Counted from the first letter of the stretch, positions 16,073 through 21,797 are shown. The stretch is DNA of 24,000 bases from Nanobdellota archaeon (GCA_024654565.1 JANLHM010000005.1:223647-247646); one strand, 5' to 3'. Made by a program: numbers and translations. The notes: a model not told the origin generated them from the sequence alone.

Positions 16073-17428
16073 TTAATTCGAAGAAAGATTGGCAATTTTT
16101 ATTACTTCAAGTTCGAACTGATTTTTTACTTTTTCAATGAATTCTTCTTCATCTTCCAATCCAATCATGCATCCTGCAGCGGAATGGTGCCCCCCCACTT
16201 CCCCTTCAAAAGACTCCATCACATTAGAAAGCATTTCTCTTAAGTTTCTTCCCGTTTTTCCTACGTTTCTTCCCGAGACTTTTATTTTATTTTGCCCATC
16301 ATAACTCATTCCAATTATTGCGGTTCCATTTTCATAAGTTTTTGAATTTGCCAGAATGCTTGAAATTGTTCCAATCATCGTGTCTTTTACTTTGTCTTTT
16401 GTGTTTATTATTACATATCCTTTTCCAACAACTTTCTTTTGTTCATTTACACGTTTTATTCCCAAAACGAGTTCTTGCCGATATTTAGTGTGTATTGATT
16501 CAGCTTTCTTTTTTGAGTTAAAATTTTCAAGACAGAATCCCAAAGCAATTTCAGGTTTTCCTTCCCTTGAACAAGCGTTTATTTTAGCAGAAATTTCTCT
16601 TGCATCTTCAAGCTTTCCAAAAAAATTAACTAAAAAAAGGTCTCCAATCAGGTCTTTATCTTTTTTTCCAGGGGTTTTAAGAACAATTGAAGTCACAAGG
16701 TTTTTCATTTCCTCTTCTGTTAAATCTATGAGGTTTTTGTATTTTCCCTTTTCTGGAGCAATTCCTGACTCTCTTAGAAGATCTATTACTCCCTCCATAT
16801 TTCCTGTTACTCCTGGGATAAAAGGGTTTGAAGAAAATTCAAGTACTCTATTTAATGGTCTTGTTGAGGGGTAAATCAAGAGACCCCTTTTTCTTAATAT
16901 GTTTCCGTCATCAAGAATTGAGTTATTTAATCGATCGATTTCTTTTTCAAGGGTGTCTCCCACCATTCCCAAAATTGCAAGTTTTGCAGAATCTTTATTT
17001 CTTTCATCTATTTTTTTACAAAAAAGGTATGTTAATCCCGCTGAAGAAATTTTCTCTTTTTTTGTTAGTTCGGGGTTTATTATTTCAACATTTTCAGGGA
17101 TGTTTTCTGAATCTATCTCATGGTGGTCAATTATAAAGACTTTTTTTATTCCTGATTTTTTTATTTCCTTAAGGCTTCCCGAGGCAAGGTCCATGAATAA
17201 CACCACTTTCTTTTTGTCTAAAGATTCAATTATTTCTTTGTTTAAACTTTTTACGATTCTTAGTGAAAATTTTTTATCAAGTCTTTTTAATGCCCTGGTC
17301 ATTATTGCAGCGGAAGTTATGCCGTCAGTATCAAAGTGACTCACTACCTCTAAATTATTTCCAGTCAGACTCCCAAGAAAAGAATCCGCGACTTTTTCCA
17401 ATACCTCTTCTAATTTATAGTTTTTCAT
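16073..17428 (-). CDS. DHH-family phosphoesterase, archaeal RecJ/GAN-like
   Basis: DHH motifs HFDTDGITSAA (I), LFMDLASG (II), FIIDHHE (III), MVGDT (IV) and DHHA1 motif GGHHSAAG. Confidence 0.8.
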   Translation of the reverse strand: MKNYKLEEVLEKVADSFLGSLTGNNLEVVSHFDTDGITSAAIMTRALKRLDKKFSLRIVKSLNKEIIESLDKKKVVLFMDLASGSLKEIKKSGIKKVFIIDHHEIDSENIPENVEIINPELTKKEKISSAGLTYLFCKKIDERNKDSAKLAILGMVGDTLEKEIDRLNNSILDDGNILRKRGLLIYPSTRPLNRVLEFSSNPFIPGVTGNMEGVIDLLRESGIAPEKGKYKNLIDLTEEEMKNLVTSIVLKTPGKKDKDLIGDLFLVNFFGKLEDAREISAKINACSREGKPEIALGFCLENFNSKKKAESIHTKYRQELVLGIKRVNEQKKVVGKGYVIINTKDKVKDTMIGTISSILANSKTYENGTAIIGMSYDGQNKIKVSGRNVGKTGRNLREMLSNVMESFEGEVGGHHSAAGCMIGLEDEEEFIEKVKNQFELEVIKIANLSSN

Positions 17429-17456
17429 TTTCTACAGATAAAACAGGAAACTTTTA

Positions 17457-17810
17457 TTATCTTCCTTCAATTCCAAAATACTTTTTCAGTTTTCTTAACT
17501 GTGAAAAAACTCTGTCTTTTTCCCTCTTTGCTCTCTTATCCTGCTTATTTTTTTCATAATGCTTTTGAATTTTTTTGAGTTTTTCACCTACATTTTTCAT
17601 ATCGGGGTTTTCATATGAGTCTCCAAGAATATTTGAAATCTTTCCTGAATATTCTTTTGGATGAATCCCTTCTTTTCTTAGTTTTTGACCAATCTTTTCA
17701 GAAGTTAATCCTTCTTTTCCTAATTTTTTAACTCTTTCTTCAAACTCTTTTTGAGTTAATTTTTCTTTTTCCTTCGATTTTTCCTTTTCCTTCGGGTTCT
17801 TTTTTGCCAT
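17457..17810 (-). CDS. rps15: Ribosomal protein uS15 (archaeal S15P/S13e type)
   Basis: LGKEGLTSEKIGQKLRKEGIHP...KISNIL...PDMKNVGEKLKKIQKHYEKNKQDKRAKREKDRVFSQLRKLKKYF matches the archaeal S15P pattern (L.K.G.S.S.IG..LR...GI, H...N.KD..S.R.L...ESKI.RL..Y). Confidence 0.8.
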   Translation of the reverse strand: MAKKNPKEKEKSKEKEKLTQKEFEERVKKLGKEGLTSEKIGQKLRKEGIHPKEYSGKISNILGDSYENPDMKNVGEKLKKIQKHYEKNKQDKRAKREKDRVFSQLRKLKKYFGIEGR

Positions 17811-17934
17811 GATAATTATCTGTCAAGTTCTTTTTTAAAGCTTTGGGGCTTTTTTAAGTTTTATTTTTTGGGTTTTGGACTGACAATAATCTTTAAATAG
17901 ATTTTTTTGGTGTCTTTTTTACACCTTTCAATAT

Positions 17935-18006
17935 GCGGAGGTGGCACAATGGTACTGCGTTCGCCTGCAGAGCGAATTTTCGTGGGTTCGATTCCCACCC
18001 TCCGCT
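17935..18006 (+). tRNA. tRNA-Cys (anticodon GCA)
   Basis: GCGGAGG TG GCAC AATGGTA CTGC G TTCGC CTGCAGA GCGAA TTTTC GTGGG TTCGATT CCCAC CCTCCGC T. The discriminator is U73 and the 13:22 pair is non-Watson-Crick, both typical of tRNA-Cys. No CCA is encoded. Confidence 0.9.
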
Positions 18007-18069
18007 TTATGTCACTTGCTAGTGATAATTAACCAAACATTTAAATATTCTTTTTTTTCATCTATATTT

Positions 18070-19101
18070 ATGAATAATAAACTTGAAATTGAACTTTTTA
18101 ATAAAGTTCAAGATTTAGACGACCTTGGAAAGGACTTTTCTTTAGAGGACTCTTTGTTAATTGTTTCAGGGGTTGACTCAGTAAAAAAATTGAAAAGATG
18201 CAAGAAAAAAATCGGGAAACTCCATTCTTTGTATAAGAATTATTCTGGAGAAGGAACAGATTTCGAGAGAGCAAAATTACTTTTCAAATTTCTTTGGAAA
18301 GGAAAGTATGACCTCTATCTTGAAGGGAATCATCCTGATGATTTTAATGTTAGAAGATTAGATAGGGCTGTTGAAAAAGCAATTTTAAGAAAAGACAATT
18401 CTATTGGAAATTGCGTCGGATTGACTAATCTTGGAGCGATTTTGGGTTTAAGAGAAGGATTAAAGTTTTGTTCTTTGATTTTTCCAGATCATGTCGCTTT
18501 ATCTTTAAGGAATAAAAGAAAACGTATTAATCTTGATTTGACTAGTGAAGATGAAGGGTTTAATTTTAAATATTCAAATAAGGATAAAAAGAATATGTCA
18601 GAAAAAAGAATTGAATATCTTTTGCCAATTTTAATTGGTGAAAAATCAAATTCAAAAGCATTTTTTGGAGATTATAAAAATTCTTTTAAGTATGCACAGA
18701 AAGCATTTGAAATTACGGATGATAAGGATTTTTTTAGTTTACTTGGTTGGCTGAGCCTTAATACAAAAAATTTTGTCAAATCCAGAGAGTATAATGAAAA
18801 ATCAATAAACTTCAATAAAAGAGATCCTATCCCTTATTTAAACAATTCCGTTGCCTTGATGAAAGTGGAGAAATACAAAAAGGCATTAAAAAATATTAAC
18901 ATTGGAATTAATATTGATCCGAAAGACTCTGTTTCTTATCTTTATAGGGCAGATTTGCATTTCAGGATGTCAAATTATGAAAAATCTTTGAAAGATTATC
19001 AAAAGGCATTGTCTATCAAAGATGAAGAATTTGGAAAAGGAGATTTAGAATTTGCAAAAAGAAGGATTAAGAGGATAAAGAGAAAATTAAATAGGGACTA
19101 A
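18070..19101 (+). CDS. Transglutaminase-like/TPR repeat protein (SirB1/YchA-like architecture)
   Basis: IGNCVGLTNLGAILGLREGLKFCSLIFPDHVALSL resembles the G.C..L..L...L...LGL......P.H core of transglutaminase-like + TPR proteins. C-terminal TPR-like helices include KYKKALKNINIGINIDPKD and NYEKSLKDYQKALSI. The start is trimmed from tracked 17941, which overlaps tRNA-Cys, to the ATG at 18070, which has a TATA-like box about 26 nt upstream. Confidence 0.6.
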   Translation: MNNKLEIELFNKVQDLDDLGKDFSLEDSLLIVSGVDSVKKLKRCKKKIGKLHSLYKNYSGEGTDFERAKLLFKFLWKGKYDLYLEGNHPDDFNVRRLDRAVEKAILRKDNSIGNCVGLTNLGAILGLREGLKFCSLIFPDHVALSLRNKRKRINLDLTSEDEGFNFKYSNKDKKNMSEKRIEYLLPILIGEKSNSKAFFGDYKNSFKYAQKAFEITDDKDFFSLLGWLSLNTKNFVKSREYNEKSINFNKRDPIPYLNNSVALMKVEKYKKALKNINIGINIDPKDSVSYLYRADLHFRMSNYEKSLKDYQKALSIKDEEFGKGDLEFAKRRIKRIKRKLNRD

Positions 19102-19170
19102 ACCGAGCAGTTTAGCACACCCCTTGCTCCCCGCTTAATTTATTTTGAAATTTTTGTTTTTTAGGAATAA

Positions 19171-19542
19171 TCTTTTATATTTCACAAATTTAATTTAATT
19201 AGGGGACTTGGTGATTTTAATTGGGAAGAAGGAGTTTTTATGCAAGACCAAATTCGGAATTTTTCCTAAGAAGGGGACATTCAAGTCTGCATTGTTTTTA
19301 GCATTCCTAAAGAAAGTATGAGGATTTCTCTTGAAAGTGGGGAATACGAAATTTAGAAGGTGAAAGACAAGGGGCATAATATAAATGTTGAAGAGGAGTA
19401 TTTTAATCAACCAATAATCTTTTATAGGAAAGTTAAGGCAGAATAGTATTCACAGTCATTTCAAGATTGTAGAAGTGGCAGGTCGGTTCCGAATCACGGC
19501 GGGACCGATCACCTTTCAAAACCCAGGATTGAAAAAACAAAA
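19171..19542 (+). pseudogene. Decayed coding frame (three in-frame stops) directly upstream of and in frame with the yjbQ-like gene
   Basis: A single frame (phase of nt 19201) reads SFIFHKFNLIRGLGDFNWEEGVFMQDQIRNFS*EGDIQVCIVFSIPKESMRISLESGEYEI*KVKDKGHNINVEEEYFNQPIIFYRKVKAE*YSQSFQDCRSGRSVPNHGGTDHLSKPRIEKTK, then ATG 19543. The stops are TAA 19267, TAG 19354 and TAG 19444. The four stop-free runs of about 28-32 codons are long for this AT-rich DNA. The plus strand is purine-rich like true coding strands here. Confidence 0.35.
19481..19510 (+). other. GC-rich 10-bp hairpin in the yjbQ upstream region
   Basis: GGTCGGTTCC gaatcacggc GGGACCGATC forms 10 pairs (two are G:U) with a 10-nt loop. It lies 33 nt upstream of the yjbQ ATG and is much more GC-rich than its surroundings. 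Confidence 0.3.
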
Positions 19543-19956
19543 ATGACAGTTTATTCAAAAAAAATAACAATTCACACTAAGGAAAGAATACAGTTTGTAA
19601 AAGTCACAGATTTAATCCGTCAGTCAGTAAAGGAATCAGGAGTTCAAGATGGAATTGTTTTAATTAACTCCATGCACATCACTTCTTCAATTTTTATTAA
19701 TGACGATGAAAAAGGTCTTATTCGGGATTTTGAAATTTGGCTTGAAAGGCTTGCCCCAAAAGATTTCCCTTACAACCATAATAAAACTGGGGAAGACAAT
19801 GGATATTCGCACCTTTGGAGAACTATCATGGGTCGTGAGGCGGTTGTTTCTGTTCAAAATTTTGAACTTGAACTTGGAAAATGGGAAGAAATTTTTTATG
19901 GAGAATTTGATGGTCAAAGAGAAAAAAAGATTTTAATAAAAGTTTTAGGGGAATAA
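19543..19956 (+). CDS. yjbQ: YjbQ/UPF0047 family protein (secondary thiamine-phosphate synthase family)
   Basis: INSMHITSSIFINDDEKGLIRDFEIWLERLAP...YNHNKTGEDNGYSHLWRTIMGREAVVSV...LELGKWEEIFYGEFDGQREKKILIKVLG matches the UPF0047 signature (H.T.S...NE, Y.H, N..AH, LG.WQ.I...E.DG.R.R). Confidence 0.85.
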   Translation: MTVYSKKITIHTKERIQFVKVTDLIRQSVKESGVQDGIVLINSMHITSSIFINDDEKGLIRDFEIWLERLAPKDFPYNHNKTGEDNGYSHLWRTIMGREAVVSVQNFELELGKWEEIFYGEFDGQREKKILIKVLGE

Positions 19957-20139
19957 CCTTTCATTTTATTTTTGTCTTTTTATAATTAATAAAACTTATT
20001 ACTCTCCGTCGATAAATCTGAATATTTTTTCATATGACGATTTTAAACTTTTCAAAAAATAAAAGAATATATAAACAAAAAACTCATCTTTTTTTTGCCG
20101 TAATAAAATTAAGCATAGCTTAATGGCATAAATTAAACT

Positions 20140-20147
20140 GAGGTGAT
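20140..20147 (+). promoter_or_regulatory. Shine-Dalgarno-like sequence for the 29-aa ORF
   Basis: GAGGTGAT is complementary to the conserved ...AUCACCUC... 3' end of 16S rRNA. The ATG is at 20150. Confidence 0.45.
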
Positions 20148-20149
20148 AA

Positions 20150-20239
20150 ATGGTTAAAAAAAAGACTCCGACAAAGACTGTTCGTAAGACTGCCCCTAAG
20201 AAGGCTCCTAGGAAGTCCCCTACGAAAAAATCTAAATAA
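20150..20239 (+). CDS. Very small lysine/proline-rich basic peptide (29 aa) with SPKK-like repeats
   Basis: My own translation gives MVKKKTPTKTVRKTAPKKAPRKSPTKKSK, ending at TAA. It is preceded by GAGGTGAT (20140-20147), an 8-nt match to the anti-SD of archaeal 16S rRNA, 2 nt before the ATG. The coding DNA holds a 12-nt tandem repeat, cctaagaaggct/cctaggaagtcc/cctacgaaaaaa. Confidence 0.45.
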   Translation: MVKKKTPTKTVRKTAPKKAPRKSPTKKSK

Positions 20240-20392
20240 TTTTTAGGTTAATTCTTTAAGTCTGTTAGTTGGAGAATTCGATTTTTTATTTTTTTATTTT
20301 TTTTCACTTTTATAGTTTTTTGTTTCAATGGGATGTTTTAACAATCCTTTTAAAGTACTATTTTTTCATATTTTTGTAATCTAAGTTTATAT

Positions 20393-20465
20393 GGCTCTGT
20401 AGCTCAGTGTTTAGAGCGCTGCTCTCATGAGGCAGAGGTCGGGAGTTAAATTCTCCCCAGAGCCA
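20393..20465 (+). tRNA. tRNA with CAT anticodon (elongator Met or Ile2), atypical D and T loops
   Basis: GGCTCTG TA GCTC AGTGTTTA GAGC G CTGCT CTCATGA GGCAG AGGTC GGGAG TTAAATT CTCCC CAGAGCC A. It is not initiator-like: no A1:U72 and no triple G:C in the anticodon stem. The T loop is TTAAATT rather than TTCRANT, and the D loop lacks GG. A T5 run follows. Confidence 0.85.
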
Positions 20466-20470
20466 TTTTT
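20466..20470 (+). terminator. Oligo-T terminator after tRNA-CAT
   Basis: TTTTT immediately follows the discriminator base. Archaeal RNA polymerase terminates at oligo-T tracts. Confidence 0.4.
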
Positions 20471-20548
20471 ATTAGTTGTTTAATTTTTAAAAAAAGAGTA
20501 TAAGAATTTTGCAGATTTTTTATTTTTAAAACCCTAATAATGAAATTT

Positions 20549-20755
20549 TTATTTAACTTCAAGCTTTTTTGCGTCTTTTTCTTTCTGGTTTATGAATCTT
20601 GAAAGGTATCCAGCCATTTTATTTCTCATTTTTTTTGAGGGCATTTCTTGTCCGAGGATGGATTTATTTCTTTCAAAGTCATCATGAAATTCTATTCCAT
20701 TTTCCATAAGCTCTTGTGAAGCTCTTTTGACTTGTTTTGATTTTATCTTTCCCAT
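20549..20755 (-). CDS. rps17e: Ribosomal protein eS17
   Basis: MGKIKSKQVKRASQELMENGIEFHDDFERNKSILGQEMPSKKMRNKMAGYLSR matches the eS17 pattern MG.(I/V)(K/R).K.VKR.A..L......F..DFE.NK........SKK.RN..AGY. Confidence 0.9.
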   Translation of the reverse strand: MGKIKSKQVKRASQELMENGIEFHDDFERNKSILGQEMPSKKMRNKMAGYLSRFINQKEKDAKKLEVK

Positions 20756-20811
20756 CCAAATCAGTATAAAAGGTCTTTTTTAAATCTTATGTCTCTTAAG
20801 ACTAATCCAAA

Positions 20812-20821
20812 AGTTTATAAC
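20812..20821 (+). promoter_or_regulatory. TATA-like box for RNase P RNA
   Basis: AGTTTATAAC is centred about 26 nt upstream of the predicted P1 5' strand at about 20843. Confidence 0.45.
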
Positions 20822-20842
20822 TTCTTAATTCTCCACACTTTA

Positions 20843-21166
20843 GTAAGTCGGGGAGCTGACTTTCGGGACTTTAGTGTTAAATCACAAAGAAATGAATTAT
20901 GATTTCTAAGTTCTGAGGAAGGTCCGCCCATCACTAAAAACCACTTTCCGAAAGGGAAGTTCCTGTGAAGGAAAGCTCTTGCTACAGAAACGCCACAGCC
21001 GTTTTTGAGTTATGACTCGTGAGATGAACTAGGAAGAAACGGATTTGATGAAACGAGCACCTTGGTTGATGCAAAGGTAACTTAAGTGTATGCCTGCTTA
21101 GTCGAATGTCAGCATGTTTGGTCTGATTAACAGCAAACAACAGAAGGTGGCCTACCCTGACTTACG
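20843..21166 (+). ncRNA. rnpB: RNase P RNA (archaeal type)
   Basis: CR-I is GAGGAAGGUCCGCCC (about 20914-20928). The ACAGAAA motif occurs at CUACAGAAACGCC (about 20982-20994). AGAUGAAC is also present. CR-V is AACAGAAGGUGGCCUAC (about 21139-21155). P4 forms between AGG(U)CCGCC and GGUGGCCU with the classic bulged U. P1 forms between GUAAGUCGGGG (20843-20853) and CCCUGACUUAC (21155-21165). The region is a GC-rich island in AT-rich DNA. Confidence 0.85.
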
Positions 21167-21310
21167 TTTTCCACCTCAAACAAGTTTGATGCTCGTCGAC
21201 GCAGTCACTTCGCATAAAGGTGGCCTACCCTGACTTACGTTTTCCACCTCAAACAAGTTTGATGCTCGTCGATGCAGTCACTTCGCATAAAGGTGGCCTA
21301 CCCTGACTTA
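21144..21310 (+). repeat. 73-nt tandem repeat (2 full units plus a 21-nt partial) seeded by the 3'-terminal 21 nt of RNase P RNA
   Basis: AAGGTGGCCTACCCTGACTTA occurs at 21144-21164, 21217-21237 and 21290-21310. Unit 1 (21144-21216) and unit 2 (21217-21289) differ at one position, C21200 versus T21273. Only copy 1 is preceded by the CR-V ACAG. Only copy 3 is followed by T7. Confidence 0.9.
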
Positions 21311-21532
21311 TTTTTTTAAAATTGTTTTAAGGTCCACAATGAGTCGTGTGAGACTTTTTTTCTCTCTTTCTTCAAATTCAGAAAATTCGAATTTGTTTAT
21401 TGAGTCCCTGTGAATTCTTATATCATCTACCACATCAAGTATATTTTTCCCAAGTACTTCTTCAGAAGGGTTGTCACTTCTTTTTACTTTATATCCCCCG
21501 TATTCTCTATTGTAAAAATAAATTACATCCAC
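21308..21532 (-). CDS. Hypothetical 74-aa protein, GTG start, no in-frame ATG
   Basis: The ORF is VDVIYFYNREYGGYKVKRSDNPSEEVLGKNILDVVDDIRIHRDSINKFEFSEFEEREKKSLTRLIVDLKTILKK. The start codon is GTG (cac at 21530-21532) and the frame closes 5 codons upstream. A TATA-like TTTATAAAAA (minus strand, about 21552-21566) is centred about 26 nt upstream. I recognise no family. Confidence 0.35.
   Translation of the reverse strand: MDVIYFYNREYGGYKVKRSDNPSEEVLGKNILDVVDDIRIHRDSINKFEFSEFEEREKKSLTRLIVDLKTILKK
21311..21317 (+). terminator. Oligo-T (T7) tract after the third copy of the RNase P RNA 3' end
   Basis: TTTTTTT directly follows ...CCCTGACTTA at 21310. Copies 1 and 2 are followed only by CGTTTTCC. 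Confidence 0.4.
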
Positions 21533-21575
21533 GATTAATATAGGAATTTAGTTTTTATAAATATTTATCTTATTT

Positions 21576-21621
21576 TAAAATAACTTTTTCTAAAATAACC
21601 TTTTCTAAAAATACCTTTTCC
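21576..21621. repeat. Three tandem ~15-nt repeats
   Basis: taaaataactttttc (21576-21590), taaaataaccttttc (21591-21605), taaaaataccttttcc (21606-21621). They run directly into the tRNA-Phe 3'-end duplicate, which begins ctaaaag. Confidence 0.8.
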
Positions 21622-21645
21622 TAAAAGTGGGAATGGGGGGAGTCG
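21621..21645 (-). repeat. 25-nt exact duplicate of the tRNA-Phe 3' end plus flank (att-like direct repeat)
   Basis: ctaaaagtgggaatggggggagtcg at 21621-21645 is identical to 21719-21743. That second copy comprises the last 18 nt of tRNA-Phe plus 7 nt of 3' flank. The copies are 98 nt apart in direct orientation. Confidence 0.85.
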
Positions 21646-21725
21646 GTTTCGGAAAGCAAGTTCCTCACAACATTTTCTTTAGAAAGAAAACATAAACCCC
21701 GAGAGGTTCGACTAATCTCTAAAAG

Positions 21726-21797
21726 TGGGAATGGGGGGAGTCGAACCCCCCACACCATGATCTTCAGTCATGTGCTCTCCCGCTGAGCTACACTCCC
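21726..21797 (-). tRNA. tRNA-Phe (anticodon GAA)
   Basis: Reverse complement folds as GGGAGTG TA GCTC AGCGGGA GAGC A CATGA CTGAAGA TCATG GTGTG GGGGG TTCGACT CCCCC CATTCCC A, a 72-nt canonical cloverleaf. No CCA is encoded. Confidence 0.9.

Noticed and set aside
16356-17559. Plus-strand ORFs (172, 102, 146 and 98 aa) overlapping the DHH phosphoesterase and uS15 genes
   Set aside because: They are antisense shadows of confident minus-strand genes, with hydrophobic low-complexity translations and no motifs.
17809-17883. Possible box C/D sRNA between uS15 and tRNA-Cys (AUGAUAA ... CUGA)
   Set aside because: The candidate C box lacks the second GA dinucleotide. No C'/D' boxes or terminal stem are evident, and the C-box candidate overlaps the uS15 start codon.
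17941-18069. N-terminal 43 codons of tracked ORF 17941..19101 (GTG start)
   Set aside because: This part overlaps tRNA-Cys (17935-18006) and translates the tRNA sequence. The ATG at 18070, with a TATA-like box about 26 nt upstream, is the plausible start.
19105-19129. Hairpin GAGCAG-N13-TTGCTC just after the TPR gene stop
   Set aside because: It is only a 6-bp stem, including a G:U pair, with a large loop. Termination is more simply explained by the T-rich tract that follows (about 19151-19162), so it is not strong enough to call as a feature.
19195-19410. Minus-strand 71-aa ORF in the TPR-yjbQ intergenic region
   Set aside because: Its F/L/N/P-rich composition is typical of the antisense of a purine-rich coding strand. 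The plus strand shows a longer stop-interrupted coding-like frame. I treat the ORF as the shadow of a decayed plus-strand gene, though a real small membrane protein cannot be excluded.
19400-19542. TPP riboswitch upstream of the thiamine-related yjbQ-family gene
   Set aside because: The conserved TPP-riboswitch elements (CUGAGA and ACCUGAUCUGGAUAAUGCCAGCG-like segments) are not present. Only a single generic hairpin is seen.
21041-21075. UGAUGA/UGAUGC motifs inside RNase P RNA as possible L7Ae-binding K-turns
   Set aside because: This is plausible for archaeal RNase P RNAs, but I cannot establish the required C-stem/NC-stem geometry by eye. It is left unannotated.
21144-21310. CRISPR-like reading of the 21-nt repeat with 52-53-nt spacers
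   Set aside because: The two spacers are identical apart from one SNP. There are only three repeat copies, the repeat is the 3' end of RNase P RNA, and no cas genes are present. It is a tandem duplication, not a CRISPR array.
21621-21718. Split-tRNA 3' half (Nanoarchaeum-style) interpretation of the tRNA-Phe 3'-end duplicate
   Set aside because: Only the last 18 nt of the tRNA are present. The T-stem 5' strand and the anticodon-stem 3' strand are absent, and there is no GC-rich complementary leader, so it cannot assemble into a tRNA.
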